A DNA stretch of 63,900 nt, counting the filler, from Octopus bimaculoides (Eukaryota): NCBI RefSeq assembly GCF_001194135.2. It is 8 parts of 7 records of this genome, joined end to end, with 100 filler letters (N's around TTAATTAATTAA, not from the genome) between each part and the next. Parts side by side here need not be neighbours in the genome. Positions count along the whole stretch, not along the records: positions 15,636 to 27,299 come from NC_069003.1; positions 27,400 to 37,709 come from NC_068981.1; 6 more parts are not named here. One strand, written 5' to 3'. Numbering within the stretch: the first letter of the stretch is position 1; each line of letters starts with the position of its first letter. Below the pieces are notes generated by a model. The model saw only the letters and a list, made by a program, of their open reading frames with translations, made no database searches and had not been told where the DNA came from. Below are positions 24,109-37,542 of this stretch, piece by piece. Both the position numbers and the translations under genes were made by a program.

Positions 24109-24537
24109 TTAAACTCTTGAAAAGAAGTGAAATAAGTACCAGTTGTGCACCGAGGTCGATCGTATCAACTAGCCCCCTCCCCCAAAATGTCAGCCCTTGT
24201 GCCTAGAGTAGAAAGGGGTGGTGAGCTGGCAGAACTGTCAGCATGCTGGTCAAAATGCTTAGCCTCATTTCTTCTGGTTCTTTAATTTCAGAGACTAAAT
24301 GGTGCTGAGGTCAGCTTTGCTTTGTCATCTTTTGAGGAACAATAAACAAAGTACCAATAGAGTACTTAAGTCGATATAATCTATTCAGCTCCCCCACCCA
24401 AAATTTCAGGCCTTGTGCTTTTAGTAGAAAGGATTACTATTATTAACTCTACCTTATGTATTGAGTACTTTTTCCTTTTGTTGAATGTATGTATATGTAT
24501 ATATATATATATATAGATAGATAGATAGATGTACATA

Positions 24538-24760
24538 CACGAGGGAGTGCTTAAAAGTTCCTGGCTTTAAGGGTATTGTGAAAGGCCTGGCTGGAGGCCC
24601 CAACCCTCCAAGTTCTTTTTACAGGGCTTAGAAAAACTGAAGGACCGTTGCAGTAAGTGTGTGAATCTGAGAGGGGAATATATTGAATAAAATCATAATT
24701 GACCGATCCTCCTATATTTTCTTTTACTCAAAGCCAGAAACTTTTCAGTACACCCTTGTG
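24538..24760. mobile_element. mariner-derived MITE, second copy
   Basis: Homologous to 20518-20747; internal GLEKLKDRCSKCVNLRGEYIE* remnant. Confidence 0.85.
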
Positions 24761-24767
24761 TGTGTGC

Positions 24768-24828
<61 letters not shown>

Positions 24829-25269
24829 AACAGACAAGAAAGTAATATTTTGAACACATTATAGCCATGAAAACAGCAGAAAGATATATATATATATTTA
24901 TATACTCCATGAAACAATGTGCAACAGAAGTGAATATATTCATTAAAACACAGCCGTGAGATGAAATCTGAAGAAGTGATTTGTAAAATGCAAAGTGAGC
25001 GAAAAATGTGGTAGAGTTAAGAATGAGAAATATTTCTGCAGGTGAACAATCGAACAATCAAAATGACAGCAGTTGGTAAAGCCATGTGGAGTACACAGTT
25101 GAAACTTATTAGCTTTGCTCTTTTTATCCCTCTACAACTGATAAAATAAAGTACCAGTCAAGTACTGGGATGGGGGTTGATAAAATTAATTATCTGAAGT
25201 ATTAAAGTTAATATAATGAATATAATACCCTTCCCTGAAAATAGCTCACCTTGTACCTCAATTAGAAAC

Positions 25270-25280
25270 AATTATTATTA

Positions 25281-25378
<98 letters not shown>

Positions 25379-25626
25379 TTATGTTTGACTTTTGTTTTGC
25401 ATTTGTACAAGTTGGATCCAAGTCTCACCCAGAGACCTCAAGAGACAACAAGCTAGAAGTTCATGTAGGTGTTATGCCTAGGGTACCATATATTTGGATT
25501 TGTACATAGTGTTGTACTAGAGAATGTTTAAGAAACCATAAGAAAATTGTGTGTTTGTTTTAAAATTTGAGATCACATAGACAGTATTTTACGTAGGATA
25601 TGGGCAGTTCCCATGAGCACTATCTT
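25270..25626 (-). mobile_element. 3' end of an R4/Dong-like RLE retrotransposon with (TAA)n tail
   Basis: KIVLMGTAHILRKILSM* C-terminus, about 190-nt UTR, then a long (TAA)n; the 5' part is lost in the gap. Confidence 0.7.
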
Positions 25627-26600
25627 NNNNNNNNNNNNNNNNNNNNNNNNNNNNNNNNNNNNNNNNNNNNNNNNNNNNNNNNNNNNNNNNNNNNNNNNNN
25701 NNNNNNNNNNNNNNNNNNNNNNNNNNNNNNNNNNNNNNNNNNNNNNNNNNNNNNNNNNNNNNNNNNNNNNNNNNNNNNNNNNNNNNNNNNNNNNNNNNNN
25801 NNNNNNNNNNNNNNNNNNNNNNNNNNNNNNNNNNNNNNNNNNNNNNNNNNNNNNNNNNNNNNNNNNNNNNNNNNNNNNNNNNNNNNNNNNNNNNNNNNNN
25901 NNNNNNNNNNNNNNNNNNNNNNNNNNNNNNNNNNNNNNNNNNNNNNNNNNNNNNNNNNNNNNNNNNNNNNNNNNNNNNNNNNNNNNNNNNNNNNNNNNNN
26001 NNNNNNNNNNNNNNNNNNNNNNNNNNNNNNNNNNNNNNNNNNNNNNNNNNNNNNNNNNNNNNNNNNNNNNNNNNNNNNNNNNNNNNNNNNNNNNNNNNNN
26101 NNNNNNNNNNNNNNNNNNNNNNNNNNNNNNNNNNNNNNNNNNNNNNNNNNNNNNNNNNNNNNNNNNNNNNNNNNNNNNNNNNNNNNNNNNNNNNNNNNNN
26201 NNNNNNNNNNNNNNNNNNNNNNNNNNNNNNNNNNNNNNNNNNNNNNNNNNNNNNNNNNNNNNNNNNNNNNNNNNNNNNNNNNNNNNNNNNNNNNNNNNNN
26301 NNNNNNNNNNNNNNNNNNNNNNNNNNNNNNNNNNNNNNNNNNNNNNNNNNNNNNNNNNNNNNNNNNNNNNNNNNNNNNNNNNNNNNNNNNNNNNNNNNNN
26401 NNNNNNNNNNNNNNNNNNNNNNNNNNNNNNNNNNNNNNNNNNNNNNNNNNNNNNNNNNNNNNNNNNNNNNNNNNNNNNNNNNNNNNNNNNNNNNNNNNNN
26501 NNNNNNNNNNNNNNNNNNNNNNNNNNNNNNNNNNNNNNNNNNNNNNNNNNNNNNNNNNNNNNNNNNNNNNNNNNNNNNNNNNNNNNNNNNNNNNNNNNNN

Positions 26601-26640
<40 letters not shown>

Positions 26641-27138
26641 GACATATATATATTATATAATATATGTCACATATATATATATTATATATATATATTTGAT
26701 ATATATAATTTGATAAAGTATCATAACCAATAATAATAATAATAATAATAAAGTGGCCAGCAAGTTTAACCTATATAGGTAGAATATACAAATAAATAGA
26801 GTAGGGTACCAGAATAGCACTTGCTAGAAATAAGAGTTAACACTCCAAAACCATAAATTTCTTACTATTAAGAAATACACACAGTGAATGCAATGCATAT
26901 AACAGAATAGGGCTCATTTCGTATAAACCACAAAGCAAGAAACAGATATCTTGGCATCAATTGATTTCAGCTTTTCTACCTAGTACTTAAGGGTCACTAT
27001 CCAAGCTCACTGTATTTATCTATTTTGCAAAATATTCATCACATTGTGCCATGTGCATTTGTTCATCTGAATGCCCCCCACGGCATTTAAAAATTAACAT
27101 AAAGTGAGTCAGTACAATATGAAATTTAATAAAGTATT

Positions 27139-27183
<45 letters not shown>

Positions 27184-27186
27184 AAC

Positions 27187-27231
<45 letters not shown>

Positions 27232-27864
27232 GTGGCCAGCAAGTTTAACCTATATAGGTAAAATATACACATGTGGTATTCAGATTCCCTACTTCATTTN
27301 NNNNNNNNNNNNNNNNNNNNNNNNNNNNNNNNNNNNNNNNNNNTTAATTAATTAANNNNNNNNNNNNNNNNNNNNNNNNNNNNNNNNNNNNNNNNNNNNG
27401 AAGCTACACACATAATAGAAGGGAAACCTAGCCTGAATAGGAAACTAGAATGGAACACTAACATACGCCACTAACAAACCACAGCATGTGACAACATGTT
27501 ACCCATAAACCAATAATAGGAACAAAGTATAATACAATACATAGATAAAAAAATGGAATTAAATACTACATACGTTAACAAAATTTAATTAAACACAAAA
27601 AAAAAACAAAAAAAAACAAAAAAACACACACACACATGAATATATAAATAAATAAAAACTAATACAAACGAACACGTATTAACAGAGAATATAGGTGATA
27701 CAGACACTCCCCATACACACATGCACTTACAAAATACACAGACACATTGAAGGACACGCATGTGAGTATTTTGAATTTCCTCTAAAATAAGTTAACAAAC
27801 TTACATAGCTACAGTTTTCGAACACTTAGACGATCAACTTTAAAACATTTAGTATCTACAACGT

Positions 27865-28090
27865 CTGTGTAGCTATTCACTTTTGTCTTTTACTATTAAG
27901 TCATCTTCGATGGTGTAGCTATGGACTGCTTCTATGAGGCGCAATTTTTGACAAAAATCCATAGTGCTATCCTTAATTTCATTCGGGTCCGATCTGCGAG
28001 TGGTTGGGTGTAAATTTTAAACCTCTTCCTAGAATTTTAGCTTGTGTAGTACTAGGATTTTTTTTGATATGCTGATTATTTTCGGTTTTT
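27865..28090 (-). mobile_element. Penelope-like element ORF N-terminal fragment
   Basis: With two frameshifts: KIISISKK..STTQAKILGRGLKFTP..RSDPNEIKDSTMDFCQKLRLIE, resembling the PLE INLS..LL.KGLKF.PT..F.RKLRL motif. Confidence 0.65.
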
Positions 28091-28451
28091 CTTGTACATT
28101 GTGTTCCATTTCACATCTCTGGGGATGAGGGAGAGGGGAGGGGGAGGAAAACGACGATGACGATGATGATGATGAGACAGTAATAGCTGATAATGTATCA
28201 ATAATACGTTCTATAATCGGTGCTAGTCCAAAATTCAAGAGGTTGTTGTTTAGTCGTTTGCATTATGCGAAATATCCGACTAGTTTCCATTTCATCGACA
28301 TAGAAAGCACAAAATCAGAGTCAGGGAAATTTCAACACTGGAGCCATCTGCTTGAAGAGATATTTACTTATACATAACGCCTTTATGAACTCCAAGTTCA
28401 TAAAGCAACGAAACATATGTAATACTTACTTGAGAGACGTACCATGCCTAT

Positions 28452-28497
<46 letters not shown>

Positions 28498-28517
28498 CAT
28501 ATACATATGTATGTGTT

Positions 28518-28565
<48 letters not shown>

Positions 28566-29320
28566 CGTGTGTATGCATGTATATATGTAAGTATATACGT
28601 ACATGCCGGTACCAACAGACATATAAGAATACGAAATCAAAAAATCAATATTCATTATTCAAAAATGATATAGTCAGTCATTGGAAGACTCATTTTCCTC
28701 TTCAGCCGCTAGAGGTATGTCATTGAGCGACATCCCGCAGTCTGTACGAATCATACGACAAGTCGTCATTTGACGTTTCCTCTCACGCTTTTAAACTTAC
28801 AGTGTGTTAAGGAGCAATAACTGTTCACAGAATTCGTTGGGTGAGTGTCACGGTTGGTGATCCGTTCATCTCAACCGACATTACTTTATCTTTATGCTCA
28901 TTTTCTTTCCGTCAGCCGTTTAGTACAATGTCTCATCAGAAAGGTGATATAATAGACAGAAACAGAGAGGCATATGGAGCAATGTCGCAGCTTCACCACC
29001 CCTGGTCGTCTGACATGCATCTAACAACGGAGATAAATATGTACAAAACTATGCCTTCCGATTTTTAGATATGGATGCGAGACAAGGGTGACGAATACGA
29101 ATCCGCAAAGGACGACGGTAAACATTTTTCACACAAGAAACGTGAGTAAAATATATTGTTTCAGATATTCCTAGAAGGATATGATATATACATACATAGA
29201 TTATATATAGATATATAGATAGATATAGAGATAGAAAGATAGATAAATAGATAAACTTACTTGGAAATGGATGCGTGGTGTTCAATCATACGATATATAT
29301 ATATATATATATATATATAG

Positions 29321-29620
29321 TCATAAAACGTAAGCAGCATGAAATACGAAATACGAAAGCATGGAATACGGACATTTTTATGCGAAAAACGAAAGAAATA
29401 AATGGAAAACGAGAAAAATAACATAAAGAACGACACTTCATTATTTGTCGGCTGCTCGAAATGTGGAGTAGATGCACAGCGGACAACTGATGAAGGGCCA
29501 TTTTATGTTACTTCTCTTGTTTTCCATTTGTTTATATCGTTGTTCGCATAAAAAGTTCTTATTCCATGTTTTCGTATTTCGTATATCAAGTCGTTTACGT
29601 TTTATGATGTCTTGTACACA
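29321..29620 (+). mobile_element. Inverted Penelope-like terminal repeats enclosing a degenerate hammerhead core
   Basis: Imperfect inverted arms at 29321-29427 and 29501-29607; GAAA at 29458 and CTGATGA at 29487 lie in the loop. Confidence 0.6.
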
Positions 29621-29694
29621 TATATGCATATGCATATACATATATATGTAAGTATGTACATATATGTATGTGTATATGCATATACACATATATA

Positions 29695-29738
<44 letters not shown>

Positions 29739-31201
29739 CGTACAGACATACATACAATATATATGTGTGTGTGCGCGTGTGAATATGTATGGAAGTATTG
29801 CATACATATACCCCGCAGTTATGTCAAATTAAAAAAATGATGATTACTAATATTATTGTTGTGCTTTTNNNNNNNNNNNNNNNNNNNNNNNNNNNNNNNN
29901 NNNNNNNNNNNNNNNNNNNNNNNNNNNNNNNNNNNNNNNNNNNNNNNNNNNNNNNNNNNNNNNNNNNNNNNNNNNNNNNNNNNNNNNNNNNNNNNNNNNN
30001 NNNNNNNNNNNNNNNNNNNNNNNNNNNNNNNNNNNNNNNNNNNNNNNNNNNNNNNNNNNNNNNNNNNNNNNNNNNNNNNNNNNNNNNNNNNNNNNNNNNN
30101 NNNNNNNNNNNNNNNNNNNNNNNNNNNNNNNNNNNNNNNNNNNNNNNNNNNNNNNNNNNNNNNNNNNNNNNNNNNNNNNNNNNNNNNNNNNNNNNNNNNN
30201 NNNNNNNNNNNNNNNNNNNNNNNNNNNNNNNNNNNNNNNNNNNNNNNNNNNNNNNNNNNNNNNNNNNNNNNNNNNNNNNNNNNNNNNNNNNNNNNNNNNN
30301 NNNNNNNNNNNNNNNNNNNNNNNNNNNNNNNNNNNNNNNNNNNNNNNNNNNNNNNNNNNNNNNNNNNNNNNNNNNNNNNNNNNNNNNNNNNNNNNNNNNN
30401 NNNNNNNNNNNNNNNNNNNNNNNNNNNNNNNNNNNNNNNNNNNNNNNNNNNNNNNNNNNNNNNNNNNNNNNNNNNNNNNNNNNNNNNNNNNNNNNNNNNN
30501 NNNNNNNNNNNNNNNNNNNNNNNNNNNNNNNNNNNNNNNNNNNNNNNNNNNNNNNNNNNNNNNNNNNNNNNNNNNNNNNNNTATATATATATATATATAT
30601 ATATGAGTAGCGTACGCAGTCAAGAATTATAAATCGATTTTTCAAATATCATGACGAATATTTATTGTACATGTAACTATATAATCCACTTACATACATA
30701 AATTTTAGTGTCGTTTTAAAGATATTTATTTTACCTTAAATTTTCTTTCATATTTCATTTGTTTCGATGAAGTTAATGAGAGAGGACATTTGAAAAACTA
30801 TTCTAAATATAATAGTAATGATGCTAAACAAAAATGATGTTGTAAATATCGCCTACACAAAGGGAAATGTGGAAAATTGGAATGAAGGACAAATCGTTTA
30901 TTTGTTATTTTTATCGTTATAGTACTCGGTAATTTATATATTAATGTCCATTAAACTTGTTTTTTTCGTTTGGTATATACCTATTCTTTATCTGTGTGTG
31001 CGTTTTCTGCATTAATGCTATCATGTGTGTTTTGTTTTTTTGTTTTTTGCTATATGCCCACACTTATATATGCGTGAGTGCCCGATTATGTTCATATGTA
31101 TGTGAGTTTGGGAGCTTTAGGTAAGAGGAATATATAGACGAAGAGGTAAATTGATAGATATAGACACATATACAGACGCATCGAATGATAGATAGATAGA
31201 T

Positions 31202-31273
<72 letters not shown>

Positions 31274-32435
31274 CTGAAACTACACCATGTTTACGTTACT
31301 TTAATATATTTCCGCTAAAAATAAGAAATTGAAAATCTTATGTTATCAAACAGTTCCTATACAATATTTACATTAGAATGAATACATATATATAATTTTG
31401 TCAAACAGTTTCGTCACATAAAACAATGAAACATTTTCCTTCTTTTGCTGTTTCGTTTGTTTGCCATACTTTTCAAATCATTTGATATTTTAAGTGACGC
31501 TGTACTGCTACGATTCTAAAGCAAAACGTGAACATTATTCGTATGTTTGTGAAAGCGACATTAGCTATATTTCCATTCTTTTGATCATAAAACAATTAAC
31601 TCTGAAAGTTTGCCTTTCCTTCTATTGAAATGTATAATATCCGTGATCAATGCCAGAACAAAGAGTGTGTAGATTTGCATCTTCTTTTCGTAAGTACGCT
31701 TATTGATGTGAAATTAACTTTGTTACTTATATTGCTTTTATATTTTCAACATTATGCACAACTTTAAATGGAGCGGATCTCCAGACAATTAACATTAAAT
31801 GGACCATATTTGGTATAATTTTCTCATTAAATTGCGTAAAAGAGCAATCTGCGACAAACAAACTGAAATCAGTTGTAAAACATTTTGATCGATCGCTGAA
31901 ACATTGTCTATAATTAACCTGATAGTGGTTGTTTTCTTACATTCATGATAACGAAAACATTTGTTGCCAATGATATAATCAAGCTTTGTAAATATTTGTA
32001 TATTTAGTTATCATTAAAAATATGTATCAATACTTCCAGATCAAGTAGTGATCAAAAGCATAGTTAACGTTGTGTTACAAAAGTATAGATATGTTTATAT
32101 TTATGGTGGAATCTCAACAGTGCACTGAATATTAATTACTTTTATTTGCCAAACTAGTATGAAATGTCAAGTAAAATATATAGCCTGAGAATAAAACTAT
32201 AAATAATTGTGGTTTGCAATTCCCTATCGATAAAAGGAATCATTTGAGACTCAGCGAACCCGAATAGCATCGAAACCGAAAGGCTAGTGTATTTGGCCTT
32301 CATACAAATATGTTAGTATCCATAGCACAGAATCTTACATTAGTGAATGTTTTCGTTTAAAGCGGGGTGTAAGCTAGTCTTCTCTGCGCCAAGGATACCG
32401 GCTGAAACTACCGGGAACAGAATCAGAATACTTAC

Positions 32436-32600
32436 TTGCTCCGAACTTTTGATGCTCTTGTTTATTTTCCTATAAATAGTTTACAGTATCTGCAGTTAAT
32501 ATCAAAGTAACAACATCGCAATCTGCACTGCAATATTTGACTGCTTCAGGTCGCGTGTTAACACTTTATTCGGACTTTCTGAGTGTCTACATATATATGT
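32436..32600 (-). promoter_or_regulatory. Candidate non-coding first exon / promoter
   Basis: CpG-retaining unique sequence, TATATAT at 32591-32597, strong donor CAA/gtaagt at 32435. Confidence 0.25.
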
Positions 32601-33316
32601 GGGAGGGGATTGTGCGAGAACGAGTGCGAGTGTGTGTATGTCATTGCCTGTGTGCGATTGTGTGTACGCGTACATGTGTGAGTCTGTAAGTGTGTGATTG
32701 TATGCGCGTGTGTGACACAAACACAAACAGAGAGTAAGAAGAATTGAGTCTCTCTCTCTCACTCTCTCTCACTCTCTCTACCTCTCTCTACCTCTCTCTC
32801 TATCTCTCTATCTGTCTCTCTCTCTCTTTCTGCGCATATCTGTTTTTTAATGATCAATTATTCCAACACTTCTAATAGTAATATAGTATATAAATTAAAA
32901 CGCTTTCTGTGTACAACACCTCCGAAAAATCATTATTTCATAATGTAATATTTTTAAACCTGTATTTAACAGTTTAAAACGTAGAACTTCATATATCACT
33001 GCAGTTGGTTATTTATACATTGGCATGGTATTTTTGAATGAATACCTTTACAGTAAACACATTATGTGTGGAAAGTAATTATATAAAAAGCTTTTAAAAT
33101 CTCTTTTATCTTTTATCTTTTACACACATTCACAGAATAGTAAATTATTTCGTTAGATTCCGATGGTTAAAAAGAAATAATGCTTTAATTAAATGAAAGT
33201 TCGTATACAAAGACATTTTTTTAATATTATATTTTGTATTTATATAGTTACCATTGGTACGTAAGCATGTATATCTGTACTTGTGGGGTGGGTGCGTATG
33301 CATGTGTGTATACATA

Positions 33317-33359
<43 letters not shown>

Positions 33360-34183
33360 NNNNNNNNNNNNNNNNNNNNNNNNNNNNNNNNNNNNNNNNN
33401 NNNNNNNNNNNNNNNNNNNNNNNNNNNNNNNNNNNNNNNNNNNNNNNNNNNNNNNNNNNNNNNNNNNNNNNNNNNNNNNNNNNNNNNNNNNNNNNNNNNN
33501 NNNNNNNNNNNNNNNNNNNNNNNNNNNNNNNNNNNNNNNNNNNNNNNNNNNNNNNNNNNNNNNNNNNNNNNNNNNNNNNNNNNNNNNNNNNNNNNNNNNN
33601 NNNNNNNNNNNNNNNNNNNNNNNNNNNNNNNNNNNNNNNNNNNNNNNNNNNNNNNNNNNNNNNNNNNNNNNNNNNNNNNNNNNNNNNNNNNNNNNNNNNN
33701 NNNNNNNNNNNNNNNNNNNNNNNNNNNNNNNNNNNNNNNNNNNNNNNNNNNNNNNNNNNNNNNNNNNNNNNNNNNNNNNNNNNNNNNNNNNNNNNNNNNN
33801 NNNNNNNNNNNNNNNNNNNNNNNNNNNNNNNNNNNNNNNNNNNNNNNNNNNNNNNNNNNNNNNNNNNNNNNNNNNNNNNNNNNNNNNNNNNNNNNNNNNN
33901 NNNNNNNNNNNNNNNNNNNNNNNNNNNNNNNNNNNNNNNNNNNNNNNNNNNNNNNNNNNNNNNNNNNNNNNNNNNNNNNNNNNNNNNNNNNNNNNNNNNN
34001 NNNNNNNNNNNNNNNNNNNNNNNNNNNNNNNNNNNNNNNNNNNNNNNNNNNNNNNNNNNNNNNNNNNNNNNNNNNNNNNNNNNNNNNNNNNNNNNNNNNN
34101 NNNNNNNNNNNNNNNNNNNNNNNNNNNNNNNNNNNNNNNNNNNNNNNNNNNNNNNNNNNNNNNNNNNNNNNNNNNNNNNNNNN

Positions 34184-34221
<38 letters not shown>

Positions 34222-35458
34222 GTAAGTGCTTTCAGTAAAGTTCCCGATTTCATCATTTTCGTAAAATAATGGTGGGTGAATTTTAATTTATGTTGTATGG
34301 TCGCACTTGATATTTTAAGAAGTAAATTTCGATAAAATGTAAAACGTATTGAGTTGCTAATTCGCTGACCTCAGCCGGTGGACAAACCATTTTCGAGGAT
34401 TCTCTTTTTATCACTTATGTATTGCACTATACTATACTGTAAAACTCCATATGTGTTTCTTTCGATAGCGCATAATTTCTTACCTCTACTATCATCTTCC
34501 TATTATTATCCAATATAATGGTCTTAACCACTCTCTAGAACTCTAATTATATATCAATTATTTATTAATTATTCATTAATTATACAGTTATTTCTTCATT
34601 TAATTATTGACCGGTTCTTAACTGTCGTATCATTTCCCATTACAAATTTTCATTTCCCTATTTCACTATTTTCTAGCTCCGTTTAATGAAAGATTATTTT
34701 TATCATTATTATCCACTATTTATATTATTTTATGCTATATAATTTTAGTACGGAATCGTGATATTTGGGTCTTGATTTCGCTTGCCGTTCTCCGTTTAAA
34801 GCAAAATGAATCAATCTCGTTAATTCTACGTCTTTATATCTTTCAATAATTTTCTATCTTTCTATTATTCATGATCATCTTCAATGTATCTTAGTTTTTT
34901 CCAGTTTCCTTACCTCTTCTTCATGTTATCTATAACATATTGATGTTAATCCTGAAGTACTCACATTAACAACTGGGTTCTTGTAGATGCCATTGTGTTT
35001 ACTACTACCTAAATTGAAATGCCGTCGTCTTTACTTTAAAAAGAACTAGCTACGTTATATGTTCCTTGTCTCACCTGACATTCTATGTCTGACATTTGAT
35101 TTTATTTATGACGTAGTCCTTCCTTTGGTCAATTATTCAAGTACTTTTCTATAGGCTCCTCTGTAAAATAAATTTCACACAGCAACATCTTAAGTCATTC
35201 CCAGATAGTGTATTTAGAAAGATATTCATCGTAACGCAAATGTATTGCATCATTTGGAAGGTCGTAATGGGATTACAAAACTGTAGCATTTAATATCTAA
35301 TGAAATTACATAATCATTGTTTATATTCTTCTCTACTCTAGGCACAAGGCCCGAATAATTGTTTATATGGGTTCCAGCATATATAATTTATATAATCCAT
35401 TATTTACAATCGTGGACGGGTAATAAATTTGATACCAATATTGTCATATACCTATTCA

Positions 35459-35492
<34 letters not shown>

Positions 35493-35494
35493 AT

Positions 35495-35560
<66 letters not shown>

Positions 35561-35574
35561 AAAGAGAGAGATAG

Positions 35575-35611
<37 letters not shown>

Positions 35612-35618
35612 AAGAGAG

Positions 35619-35695
<77 letters not shown>

Positions 35696-36347
35696 TACAC
35701 ACACGCACTCACACACATGTATATATATATATGTGTAAATATAAGGACAGGCAAACTAGGCAAGTTGATATACAAAAAATATTAAATACATTTAATAGTG
35801 AAGTAAGAGTTTTATGAGTCCAACACCTGTTTGTGGGGGCTTCATGGTCCAAAGTAATGATGAATGTAACTTATTTTTCATCATTAGATAACACCAGCTT
35901 CCGTCTTCAAGTGTTGACAGCTCTCCACAAAATCATTCCATCTTGAAACTCCATTCTGTCCACACCTCAAATGTAAACTCTTTCCTGAAGATTGAAGATG
36001 TAGGCTGATGATCCAATGATGGAATCAAATTACAATCATCATTATTTTGGACCACCAAGTCCCAAAAGACAGCTGTTATACAGAGAATACCCATAAACTA
36101 TATACATTTATATATATANNNNNNNNNNNNNNNNNNNNNNNNNNNNNNNNNNNNNNNNNNNNNNNNNNNNNNNNNNNNNNNNNNNNNNNNNNNNNNNNNN
36201 NNNNNNNNNNNNNNNNNNNNNNNNNNNNNNNNNNNNNNNNNNNNNNNNNNNNNNNNNNNNNNNNNNNNNNNNNNNNNNNNNNNNNNNNNNNNNNNNNNNN
36301 NNNNNNNNNNNNNNNNNNNNNNNNNNNNNNNNNNNNNNNNNNNNNNN

Positions 36348-36380
<33 letters not shown>

Positions 36381-37374
36381 TATAACTTCCGTTATATACT
36401 TTTATGCACCTACATACATACTAGTACAAACACATACATGCACTCAGTCACACACACATACGAGATGCACGCAACTATATGCAACCACAATTATGTGCAT
36501 CATAAATATATACGGAGGAAATGAGTGAGAGAAAAACAAAGAGAGAGAGAGAGTGCGACAAAGAAGGGAATGATAAGTACAAGGAGGGCCAGAGCAAAAG
36601 TCAGATGATAGTTAAGCATCAATATCTTTGTATGCTCGTACATTTCTATGCTTTAACATCCTCCCAAGTTTATGTATGTTCAGGGTGTCTGTGAGTCTGA
36701 AGTATATATCGTATTTTATTTGATCGATTATTTTACGAACAATACTGATTATGTTATGTTCGTATCCCCTTGAGAAATTTGTAATAAAAAAAAAACATAC
36801 ACTATGTCACAGAACTCAAAGCAGTCAGTGGGATATATATTCTTGTAAGCATAGAATCATGTATTCAGATAATGTGCATATTCATCAAAGTATTTTTCAT
36901 ATCAATATTGTATTTACATTAATGTTTCAAAAATCTTCAAACAATTGGCGTCCACATTTGAGTGATTTTTATTTTGATCGATTTATTTTTCTGTTGGAAA
37001 TACTCCTATTGATGTTTTCGGTTTAGCGTTTCCCTTTTGCAAGGAAATTGTAAACATATTTTTGCTATTGATAAAGAATTTCTGCGTAAAATTTATATTT
37101 TCATTTCTGAAGTAACATTATTTGCTCCACTCTATGCGATATATTAAATTTTCCATTATATTGATATTATACTAGAGACGATATCATATCCATGAACAAT
37201 GCAAAGGACAGAAAATAAATGATGAAGTACAATAGTACATTGCCATCTGCATTATTACCCAAATATAAATATCTACATAAACCATTAATAGTAATATTTA
37301 AATCTCAACCATATATTCCATAATATAAATCTTACGCTAAATGATTAATAAATATACCAAACAAGTTGTCTCAC

Positions 37375-37542
37375 CTGTATGCGAGAATCCACTGAAATTA
37401 GCTCAGGGAACTCAATAAACTGAAAAGTTGTGTGGATATTTTTCCCTCTGTGTGTATTGAAAGTATAAAAAAGAAATGAATTTTCTTCAAAATTTACCAA
37501 TATGATAGTCAATAGAAACAATGCAATGTGAAATTTATGCAT
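37375..37542 (-). CDS. Candidate first coding exon of a small secreted protein
   Basis: MHKFHIALFLLTIILVNF... (signal-peptide-like), 56 codons ending CAG/gtgaga in phase 0. No recognisable homology. Confidence 0.2.

Noticed and set aside
36003-36030. Hammerhead cores at 36004 (CTGATGATCC) and 49727 (CTGATGAGGCCC)
   Set aside because: No correctly placed GAAA or complete stems.
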